The notes beneath the pieces are model-generated. The model ran no database searches. It saw only the letters and a list, made by a program, of their open reading frames with translations, and had not been told where the DNA came from. The translations under genes were made by a program, and so were the position numbers. A stretch of 64,000 bases of DNA from Ptychomitrium polyphyllum (lineage: Eukaryota). Within the stretch, counting starts at the first letter, position 1; every line of letters begins with the position of its first letter. Positions 13,320 through 24,800 of this stretch are shown one piece after another. The stretch covers positions 6,262,001 to 6,326,000 of the forward strand of contig OZ316775.1 of NCBI GenBank assembly GCA_973851085.1, written 5' to 3'.

Positions 13320-15763
13320 ATGAGCGGTTCGAGACTGTCAGTGAAAGCATCGCCGCGCTCCATGGATTTTCTTATGGACACTGGGAATCCGACGCTCAAT
13401 TGCACACTGGATGGTGTTCTTAAGATCGGCGGGGTGAGCCTATTCTCTGCAGTCAATCAAACTTCCTTTGAATTGAGGCTTCAGCACATACTAAATTTTT
13501 TGACACCTGACGTCATGGGAATTTTTGTTGGCTTTAAATCTCTCTGAAATGGACACTGATTTCACATAATCCTATATTCTAGCAGCTTGCAGCATCTCCA
13601 TTTGCACCTTGCTAGGTTGAAATAGACAACCACAGATAATACGGGGTTCAGACCCCTAGGCCTCAATGTTGGAAATCCAACGTTAGATCCATTGAAGGCC
13701 AACTCATGAGGAGATAGGTGACGCACTCACTGTTAGATACATCAAACGGTGGGTGCATCCACTCGTGAAAGCCGTGGGCTGAAACTATTATTGCAAAGAA
13801 TTTTGTGTTAAAAGCAAAGATTCCTTTTTAAGTATGAGTGGACAGTGCTGTTGCTAAATTTGGGGCTCGTCTTCTGTCCACTTACCATGATGTTGCAGAT
13901 GAGGGGTTGTTGAAAGTGGGCTATGGAGATGCATGCAGGTTGGGGCTGCTCATGCGGTGACGCAAGAAGCGTACAGCATGATAAGGAAAGGTATCGAGGC
14001 ACTTCAATCACCGCTACTCAGGATGTATGGTGCACGTACGTCCTGTTCCATCATCGTGGAACTATATCATCTTTAACGTTGGTCATGGTATTGAGATAAA
14101 CAGGGCTCGAATTCCTCAGAACAAACAAGATTTCTGCTGGTATCATCCACAGATTCTTTGACATGTGACTTATGTGGTCTTGGGGATTATGCAGAAATGC
14201 CGTCACCAAGGCAGCAAGTAGAAAAAATTGTACGTTTTTCTCGTGCCCACCCTTTGGAGTTGCCTGCCTTCCAAGCTGAGTTGACTATGACATGCAGCTT
14301 TTGCATGCTGGATTGAAATTACGCGTTAATCATGTATATTCAAAGCTTCTAGAACAACCAATTCTTAGAGGAGAGCGGAAGTTGGAGAAGCTAGAACATA
14401 TGGTTGGACGATCGAAGCTCAGTATGCTGGAAACAATATTTGCTCTCCTTTTATTTGACTTCGGTCTCTGTTGAGAAACGGAGAAGCTGTTTCTTCAAAT
14501 GAATATAGTCAGAATCTTAGATTGTCGATGGCTCATCAAAGTTCGAATGATTACTTGAACTCATATCTTAAATGCTTATGGTGAAAAGTAGGCTCTCTTT
14601 CCCTATTAGTTCCTGAGGCATAAGCTTTTGATGCAGGTCATGAAGGCTGGAAAAGAGGGCCTTCAATGGGGTAAGTCGAGAATACTCTTTTCCCTTTTGC
14701 GTTGAAAGAAGTTACAATTTACAGGGAAGATTGGAGTCCGCTGTCCTTGTCACGAGTTGTAAATTTACAACGGAAACGTTAACTCTTGTACCACAGCTTG
14801 ACACCTTTCATATGTGCGTAGATACCACGAAAGTAAAGTAGATATGCTTGATGGACAGTCGGAACTTACCCTCGTTGCCGTGGAACACACAGCTTCGGTT
14901 GATTTCTAGTGCACGGATCAATTAGATATTAAATTTGAAAGGCTTCAAACATTCATTGATCAATAAGCCTGATGGATTTGCGAACATTTCTTTCTTGGAT
15001 GCGTCTTGATAAATGATTGACCAGTATCTTGCAGGCATGGTGGCAGGGATGTATGCTGGGTTTGAGTACGGTATGGAGAAGGCCCGCGGAGGCAAGCAAG
15101 ATTGGGTATTACTTGCTTCCTGCATACAATGAAGTAGGAAATCATCAGCACTGTTAAATCTAACTTTAAATACAAAAAACACGGACTTAAAATGTGACAA
15201 ATATTGATGTACTGAACTTATTTAGAGATCTATGCAACAACAATCAGGTCACTGGAAGTTGGGTTGCATGGATAGCAAATGCAAGTGAGCCATAGGAAGG
15301 ACCAACAAATTGCAATAAACAGATAGACATGCATAATCTGGCTCACAGACTGGACTGAAGGTCCTGTTTGATCATGACAGCGGAAACACAGATAGCTCTT
15401 TTACCCAATACCGAGTTTCTGCTTGGAGAGGAACCGAAAAAAGTGATACATCAGCGACCTTGCATATCGATATTCTAGCACTTTTCAGATGTGGAAGTCT
15501 GAAACCAGAACGCTTCATTTTAACAATCTTCATTAAATACTTCTTCAACTTAGTGTTCTTGCTAATAATCAGAAACTGAGCATGAATGACTTGTATCGTT
15601 GATCTATTGTGGTGTTCTGCAGAAGAATGCAGCAGTTGGAGGTGCATTGACAGGAGTTATTCTCTCCGTCTCAGATGGCAGGATCAGCCAAGACAAGATG
15701 GTCCGGACTGCCCTCACTGCTAGTGCTTTAGCAACTGCTGCTGATTTTCTCAAGCTCCTTTAG
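13320..15763 (+). CDS. OEP16: Plastid outer envelope pore protein OEP16 (Tim17/PRAT family). Exons about 13320-13433, 13939-13990, 14195-14229, 14637-14670, 15035-15105, 15623-15763.
   Basis: Hand-spliced small exons give MDTGNPTLNCTLDGVLKIGGVGAAHAVTQEAYSMIRKEMPSPRQQVEKIVMKAGKEGLQWGMVAGMYAGFEYGMEKARGGKQDWKNAAVGGALTGVILSVSDGRISQDKMVRTALTASALATAADFLKLL*, with all junctions GT-AG and in frame. Confidence 0.92.
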
Positions 15764-16972
15764 ATTCAACTCACGTCACAGAAAAACCATATTATTTCAG
15801 TAGGTTTTTGTTATCTCTTTCGAACAGTCAGCAAATTCTCGCATAAGCTTGCCTTACTGGTCGATTGACCATCTAAGGTGTAGTAATCAACATGAAAATG
15901 CACATGCTCTGTAAAAGTGGTCTTTGCAAATTGCACACGCACAGTTCTTCATGCTTAGCTTGCACACAATCACTTGTTGGAGGTTGAAGCCCCAAGAACA
16001 AATTGACAGGAAAACTTGATACAAAGTTGCTCTGAATGAGAAGTCTTTGTAAATAAATTGGCATAAGCATTCACAAAATACCAATATTTAAACATCTCTT
16101 CACCATCTGTTCCTAAAATCAACGTGTTTCACTGAACGGCTCATCAAACATAACTCCCAAGCAGATAGCAAGCAATCATTCTGCAAAGCAGTTCCCAAAT
16201 CCAGGAACGCTAGGTCCAAATTGAGTTGATAAATCAAAGAGGCAATGCACTCTTCATAACCACAGAGAGCTGTACAGTTTTGCCATTAAATTGAGTGAAA
16301 GCAAGAGTTGGAAGAAGAGGCGACCCAAACAAACCGCCGTAATCAGGTGCTGTACACTGAGGCTAAACTATAGCAAATCCTACAATACTTACTACATAGA
16401 GCTGGCTACAGAGAGCTAGACTAGAGGGCACTAAAGATGATAAACTAGGTCCAATTATCAGGTAATATTACACTCAACTGGCTAGGTCCGTATCTCTCTG
16501 CATCAGAAACTTCAGTATACAAATACTCTGGATGTACTCGAACTAACCAACACGGTAGAAAGGACGCTCTTCAAAAGAGGTTAGAATCCAACATACGATG
16601 TGGATGGCGTTGGGAAAACCACACGCTCTCGAAGACAAAAAGAACATGTCAATGAGTGAGGAGAATCTCAAATACTAATGCCACACTCCCCGCCATAACA
16701 TCCCTGGAATTGGCGGTTCAGAATTATGTTTTCCGTGCCGGAGTGACTCCGACCATGGCACTGTTGAAAATTTATGCATGAATCCAGTAGATTATATCCC
16801 AGTCTCCCCTACCGTCAATTTGTTGTGCCATTGTTTGAGATCACGTTCACTGATACTCGAACAAGGGAAGTAAAAGCCATTAAATAAGATGCAAAATAGT
16901 TGGTGCAGATCACATCAGATTGATGCTCACACAAGTATCTGGGTGACTGAAAAACTGCACCTTGACACTTCT

Positions 16973-19606
16973 TCACATCTCCACCTTCATGTGCCCCACT
17001 GGAAGCTGAGCTGCAAAACCCAAACCAGAAATCTTCATCAGCACCCAATCCTCCAAAACCCAAAGCCAGAAACAAATAACCAAAACGAAGATCGCACTAA
17101 GATGGATGAAGAGTGACTTACAATGAAGTCCATCAAGAATGGACGATCCAAAGCGACCTTGATGGCCACCGAACCCCATTTGATTCACGATGCTCTGGAG
17201 CTCACCATCCCAACCAACAGACTGCAGAAAACATAACCAAAACCAAAAAGTTCATTCAAATAAGCTTCGAATAGCATACAAACAGAAGATCAACTAGCTC
17301 AGTGTTAATGATCACCCTGCTACTGATTGATTTGGAAATATAGGAGATTGGTAAGAGAGATGTATCCCAACCTGAGACACATCGTCGCAGAAGGTGTCAA
17401 CGCTGGTAAGCCCGGAGACTACATGGATGGGCGCACTGTTGGAGCGGCGGAGGTAGCTGTCCATGCCTGAGCTCGAGCATCCCATGGACCGGAAATCCAG
17501 CCCACAATGGCTACCGAGCATGTTATTGTGGTGCTGCTGTTGTTGCTGCTGGTGGTGCAGCATGCTAAACGTGGCACTCGACTCCGACGCACCAAGCGAA
17601 GAGCCACCAATGAGGCTGGTCTGCAGAGCCTCTTTGTTCAAGGCGGTCTCGAAGCTGTAATCGAGGCGACCGGCCGCGTGGCCGGGGTTCACCGACGCCA
17701 GCTTCATCGACAAATTCTCCACTTGACGCTGGAGAGATTGCACATAGTTGATGATCTCGTCCAGCATCACGGCCTTGCCCGTCACTTTGCTGCACCCCGG
17801 GACCAAGTCCTGGAGATACTTCATCCGCTCGCTAATCTTCTCGCGGCGAACCTGAACCCAATTGACATCAGGATTTGATATGAGTATGGTAAGTCTGGTT
17901 TGATTTTGAGGACCAAGTATGGGTTGGGTTGAGTTAAGATGCTTTGGAAGCAAGGAAGCTTACTCTTTCCGCCAGGCTATGGCTATCCATGGCTTGGCCC
18001 CGCCGCGCCCTTACATGGATGTAGTCTTGCTTCGAAAGGTCTTTCTGGTTCTTGTGGCTGCCCGTGCTCTCTTTGTGCGCGCGCGGAGAGCCAGAGTCAC
18101 CAGAGTTGTCGCTGCAGCTCCGTTCCGCCTTCGCCTTCGCTGCATCGTCCTCTGTTTTCTCGCCCTTCCACCGTTTCAGCTTCGGGTCTAACACATCAGC
18201 CGCCTGCATTCCTCACATCTATTAAGCAATCTTAACCTTATGATAACCCAAAACAGAGCAGACGAAGAATATTGAGACACCTCAGATTATCGTACCCAGT
18301 GTCAGATTATCAAGTTCAGAAAAAATGGAGAAGAGAATGGGTACTCGCTCACCTTCGGGTCGAAATGGGGTTTGGCAGCAGCAGCGGGGGACTCCTTCCG
18401 CTTGCGGCGATCGCCGTCGTCGCTGCCAGAAGGTGATCTCGTCGGCGACGCAGCGGGAGAGGATCCGGTGCCCCCTCCGCATTGCTGCTGCTGCTGTTGA
18501 TGTTGTTCCGCAGAACAGGAATTGGTGCGTTCCCGTGCTGCTGATACGTCGACCTCATGGGTGCTATGATCCATGGTGGCCAAACTTGCTCCCTCAATGG
18601 CTTCCAACTCGGGCTGCGTGGGCGCAGCACCGGGCGGGCTCTTGTCATCGCTAATATTCACACTGTCCACATCCATGTCAACGTCACAAGAAAATCTCTC
18701 CGCCGCTGCGGCATCAGGAATAGCTGCTGCCTGCGTAGCAACAGCCGCTTGGGCGGCAGTGGCGGACGCCGCCTGTTTGTCCTCCATCTCGCCCGTCACG
18801 GCCACGGCGAGCTTCTTCGCTGCACCCATATTACTCGAGGTTCTCGACAACCGCCCGCCGCTCTCCGCGGATCGCGACCTGGACTTACACCCGCCGTCGG
18901 TCACTGGCAATGGCAGTGTGATCTGTGGGTACATCCCCGCGCTGCCAAAGCTTGAAAATTTGGCCGCGCGCTCTGCGAAAGCGGGATCCGATGTGAACTG
19001 CGCCAAGCAATGCGATGTGGCAAGCCCCACTCCCTGCAATGCCAGCCCGCCCTTGCTCGGGTCCACGGTAATCCCCGCCCCCACCACCTCCATGGCGTTC
19101 CAAGCCTTCCCCGACTGTGCCCCAGCAGTACTCTTCCCAGTCCCGACCCATCCCACCAGCATATCTCTCATCCTGGCATTTTCCATGACGCTCTCATGGC
19201 GCATGGAGGATGCCATCGATACCGGCGGCAGGTACTTGTACGGCGCCTGCTGCGCGCACTTCGCGTCCAGCAGCGCCTGCCAGTCGCTGCTTACCATCCC
19301 GGATCCCCTCGGCAGCTCTGCAGCGACCCCCGCCTGGGCTCCGCCCAGCATTGCCACCATGTCCTGCCCCCAGTAGCTGCTGCCCGTGGGGCTCGTGGTG
19401 GCCGACCTGGACGTGAACGCTGCAGGTGGCGCGCTGCTGGGTTGCGTCGCCGGCTCCATGAACTTCTCCAAGCTGGACAGCGAGTTCATTGAGTCCGTGG
19501 GCGACATCGCCATCGCGCTAGTGTACGACGCCGGGATACTCACCGACCGCGACAACCCCGCGCTATTGTACATCGCTTGATCCGGCGCTGGCGCCATGAA
19601 TGCCAT
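16973..19606 (-). CDS. bHLH transcription factor, subfamily XII (CIB/BEE/BPE-like). Exons about 19606-18353, 18203-17964, 17851-17372, 17221-17122, 17010-16973.
   Basis: [67 protein letters not shown]-terminal [15 protein letters not shown] motif; C-terminal WDGELQSIV and HMKVEM*; two poly-Q tracts. Confidence 0.95.
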
Positions 19607-20869
19607 CCTCGTCCCTCGACTATTCTATTTTTTGCTACTACCCCTCCCACCACCAACCCCTTCCCTTCTCCCCTTCCCTCCGGCACAACCCCACCGCCCC
19701 CTTCCCACTCTTCCACTTCCCTCACTCACACAAAATTCAAGCTCCTGTTGTGCTTCGCCTCGGATGTTGCTCCAAAGCTTACACCTTAGTTGTTGCTCCT
19801 CTAGTCCTCCCCAGTCCCAAACCGGATTCAATTGCAAAAATTCCCCTATGATCACACCCTCTCCAGTCTCATCTCACCCAATCAATGTCACTGCTGTGCT
19901 GTGTTGTCTGTCCGTCAATCAACAAACTAAGAAATGAACAATTCCAACCTCCCAGCTGCTGCTCCGGAGATGGAAGTACTACCCTATGCGTCAGTCAGCA
20001 CCAAGAGAAATTGAAGTAGCTATGAGTTCTATGAGTATAAAAGGGATTTGTAGACATGTCCTATTTTGACCCGAAGTGGCTATCTTCTTGACACTAGTAC
20101 AGCAAGTACAGCGGTTGCACTAACTCACAACTCAACGATGTTGATAGATGTTGACGTTGAGTTAGGAGCTTGGGAATGATTGTCTGCATTGTCCACTGTC
20201 TTGGGCTGGGCTAGTGCTATGGGACCAGTCGGGTGGCCACCGTGAGGACTTGAGACACAAGGTGGAAGAAATTAACGCGAGATCGAGTTGCTGGTGCGGG
20301 CATATCAGATCAGAAGAAGAGTGGAAGAGTTGGTGCTTTTCAGGAGCGAGGACAATCGTTTGCGGCCCAATTCGACTAACGCTGCCACTGCTGCAAGCAT
20401 GCTTAGTACTCGAACACCCAGACCAGTCCGCCCACGGGCCGGGTTGCGTTGGGTTCGGCCGGGTAGCGGGACCGGGCCCGGAATGAGTCGGAGCCCGAGA
20501 TAGCGGGCGAGGCGGGCTGGGCTGGGCTGGGCGGGTCGGATCGGGTACGGTCTGGCGTCCTCTGGACCCGCGATTCAGCTGCTTCCACACTCCACAGTCC
20601 ACAAGGATAGCACGTGAGGGCTCTGTGACTCTTGCCCCCTTCTGGGGTGGCCTCATTGGCCTCATTGGCCTTCGATCTCATTTCATTTTATGGAAGTACT
20701 GGGTCCGAGTTTTGGTCTGGACATTTGGACACTTGTATGTACAGTACCCTGCAATGTGTATCCGTCATGAACTGGCTTTGTAACTCTTTTCTTTTTTTAA
20801 TGGAATGGTCAATTTTGAAATGGCGCTACATATTAAATTCATTTTGATTCATGAATCATAAAATGCATT

Positions 20870-21800
20870 GGATGAACAATGATATTTATTCCCATGGCAA
20901 TAGAAGTTTGAAAAATGAGAGTGTGAAATTACACAACGATAAAGTATATTACAGAGTTCCATATAATAAGGCATGCTAGCAAAGGGAACTCCTACAATCT
21001 CCATAGACTCATCTTTCCATGTTTATTAGATGATTTTAATAAATTCTCTTTTTATTCTTTAACCAAGCCTTTTTTTGAACAGTATCACTTAGCACCTTCC
21101 ACAAACTCTCTACTGCATTTAAATTTAGAAAGTTTGCATGCCATATAAGCTTCTTCATGCTATGCGCTTCTTTCCAATCCTTCGGCATTGAAGCACCACC
21201 TTCCATGAATGTAAGATTCTCAAAATTATTGTATGTAAAATAGAAGTTTCATATATAACATCAACAAAATTAATTGTTGTTTAAATTTTAAAAAACACAA
21301 TAAAAAAATGGCACTTATCAAAATCTAAAAAATGCCTAATGCAGGTTGGAAGTTCGACCAAATTTAAAAGTAGGCGCCAAGCAATCCCACATGTATTGTT
21401 CTTAGACTTATTGCCAAATCTTCACTTATTGCAATAACTTTCCAATCTCAAATAAAGACTCATCTGTCCATATCACATTGCTGCACTCACAAAGAGACCA
21501 ACTCTTATGAACCTCAACAAATGCTAGCCTTTCTACCTTATTCTTTGAATTGAAAACTAGTTTTAAAGCAATATGGTTGTAATATTCAAGACTTATTATA
21601 CTTCCTCAATGTATTACCATTCAAGCTTACACTCATTTTTTCTTTCAATTTAATAAGTGATAAACATCTATTTGATGCTAGAAGGCAATCCAACCCTCTC
21701 ATATTCATCATTGTCAATTTTTGTGGCATTGTATTTTCTACACTACCACAAGCTTCAAACAATTGTGCAATGTTAGAAAATTTATTCATGGAATGCTCAT
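20870..21800 (-). mobile_element. Degenerate Tc1/mariner DNA transposon (transposase relic)
   Basis: Minus strand reads RLAFVEVHKSWSLCECSNVIWTDESLFEIG..CLAPTFKFGRTS (first catalytic D, TDES). Downstream FMEGGA..IWHANFLNLNAVESLW is a decayed DGAPxH / WPANSPDLNPIENLW. An HTH-like segment lies at 21586-21789. Multiple stops; element ends not identified. Confidence 0.85.
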
Positions 21801-24800
21801 TTATTTTCCAATTGATTCATCAACAATCTAACACTACGCATCCCAACAATCATCTCTCTCTTCCACAATGTACTCACGAACCTTCATTCTCATAAATAGC
21901 ATCATTACAATATACAAGGACAACACAATATACAAGAACAACACAAGAATAAGAAATATAAATACAATGCTATGGCCTTGCATAACCAAACCCTCGGTTA
22001 CTCCACAACAAATTCTTCTACAATGCATCCCCATCATGCCATTCCCACCTTTGCAATAAGAAGAGAGAATGATTATGCTTTCATTTAAATCCTAGCACCA
22101 TAGTCTGTCGAAATTTGTCCACATCCAAGGGTTCAAAATGTCACCACTTTTGCACAAATGGCAAGTTCAAACCTGTCCGGCAGTTGATTGCAGCATATCA
22201 CCGAATTCAAACATATTACTGGTATTTATGGAAACCAAGGAACATCGACAGATACTTGATGTTAGATACCGTACAAAGGATGAATCAACTTTTCTCTGCT
22301 AAGTGAGGTTGAGTTGGGGTTTGGTGACTATGGCACTACCATGCTGGAGTTAATCAGTTGAGAGCATACTTTGGTATTCCCACAAAGGTGAGTCAAAATC
22401 TATGAGCAAGCCCTTTCATGCAGTAACTCTGTTACGATCAGTTGGACTAGGCCTGATGATGCTTAGTACCTTGCACTAATTGTGTGTACTTGGCCAATAA
22501 TTCAAGGTGGATCTTATGGCATAGCTTTAGGAATCATATGAGAATGGGCAGATTCACCTGTTACAAGTCTTCACAGATAGAGGACAATAGAAACCGTTGT
22601 GATTAAGGTAAGCCAAGTGAAACCAACCAGAGGGGAAGTTTTTTTCTACATATGTGTTATTAGAAAGTTAACCCCTGAAATCCCACTTGTAAGAATCCAA
22701 ATTACTGATCTAAATCTTTAATGTAGTTTAAATCAAAAATTTGCATCTTAATTTATAACATGCTCTATGAATTTTCATGTAATAGAATAGATGAAAGTAC
22801 CAAGGAAGTATGATGATATGCATTTTGATGAATCAAATCATGCACTTTGGCTTAACTGGGTTCTGTTAGGGTTAACATTCTTACACTGAAGTTTGAGTTA
22901 AGGTAAAGGAACAACAGTAAGTGGTCCTTTTATGACTACCTTAATGGCTTGAGTCAAAAGAGTTTTTGTCAAAACCATAATAGCTGACAAAATTGGTGAG
23001 CATTCACCCAGTGTTCATTGGCTGAGGTATACTTGTAGCAGGTCAGACAGGAATCGTGATCACTGTGGACAATGGTGCTTGATAAAATTGAACTGACTGG
23101 TTGAGATTATATGTTACCAAGTTGGACATTGGCAAGCATTTTAGCCAACTTGAGATTGGTGTTTGGAGAGAACCTCTTCAACACCTTTTCAATTTTGGAT
23201 TGCACAAGACTATGGAAACTTGAGACTGATAACTTTACACCTTCAGACTTTCTCTCTTCATTGGTTTAACCTGATGGTCAATCCTTCTTCTGAACCTGCA
23301 ATTTGTTTCCCTGCAACATTTTTCCAAGAATCCCACTAATTCCATTGCATAGGGAGGTGAATTTGATGTTCATTTCTTTGGAATACACAATACCTGGAAG
23401 CATCAGAGGATTCCCTGAGACAAAGTACACCATACTAAAGAGCATGAACAGACAACTTACTTTCTCTTGCTCAAAATTCAATCCCATTCACTGTCAATCT
23501 AAGTCCAGTATATGTTGTCAAATTTACTTTTTGTCTCAAACTATATCATGATCCAGAAAGTTGGGATTCAATGTACTTGGCAAATTGAATAGCAGCCATC
23601 CACAATTTGAGAACATTCTTTTCAGGGTGCAAATTCATTCCTGCAGTGTACTGGTGGTATGAGTAGGTTGGTTTGTACAGACCAACCTACCCAGACACCA
23701 GTACAGAGGGATGGTAATGAAGTTCTCATATAGACTCAAAGACCGAGGAGAGGTAGCTGGGGGCAGGGTGGACTTGGGGTGGTTACTTGTATCTCTGTTT
23801 TCCCTTCCTTTCCCTTGTGGTTGTTTTCTGTTCTCCTTTGCAACTGGAACTGCTTTACCTCTGATTTATGAAAAATTAAAATTTAAAGAATCAAGCAAAG
23901 ATTAAAAAATAGGAAAATTCTAGCATGTCTCTCCTTTATGCTATATACAGCATTCATTTCACAGAAAAGAGTTGCCAAATACAACCAGAAGAGTATAATG
24001 ATGACTGGTGTATATTTAGATTGCTGTGCTCAAGCAGGTCCATATTGCTAAAAGCCCTACAATTTTCTTTAAATAGTCTTGAGGTACACCTTGTGCAACT
24101 CTTGGGGATGGACTAAAGGTGTATGAAGGTACTGGTTTCCAAGTTCTCAACTTAGTCACAGGGTATGCTTGTATACATACACAAATATGAGTTTGAAAAA
24201 ACATTAATAGGCATGGTACATAGGCATGAATATGTGTATACAGGTGCATATAAATGAGAGTATGAGGGGTACTATTGCCCTAAGTGTGCTGGATGTTTGT
24301 TGGTTGGTTCTCGATGACTATTCAGCAAGCTTTTTCCTTTCCCTCTAGAAAGTGAAAGTGCTCAATAAAAGAAGAAAAAGAGAAGGCTTCATACTCAGAT
24401 TGCTCCTACAAACCGGGTGGCCACATCAATGAGGGTGGCAGGAAGTTTCCACAGAGAGGAGAACATGCACCTGGATCAAAGCACTTGGATTTTAAGCCAA
24501 ATGCCCAAAAGTTTGGTTGTAAGGGCCTCTTGGAGTCTAGCAGTAGTATCAATAGCTACAAATCTGACTATTCAGGTTGCTGGTTAGGACACCAGAAGTG
24601 CTAACTTGTGCACCATGCTATTTTTGTTCAATTGGAGTGGGCTGCAGTAATCATAATATACATGGAAATTGATTCAAGAGGAATTGTCAAACCTGCTTTA
24701 CAAAATATTGCAGATATGATTATTTGGGCCCTTATTATTGGAGTATTAAAAAGCTAAGCTTCCTTTTGGATAACCAACATAATGACAATATATTTGTTGT

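Noticed and set aside
18325..19937. Multiple overlapping + strand ORFs up to 267 aa
   Set aside because: Antisense or alternative frames of the GC-rich bHLH exon 1 and its leader.
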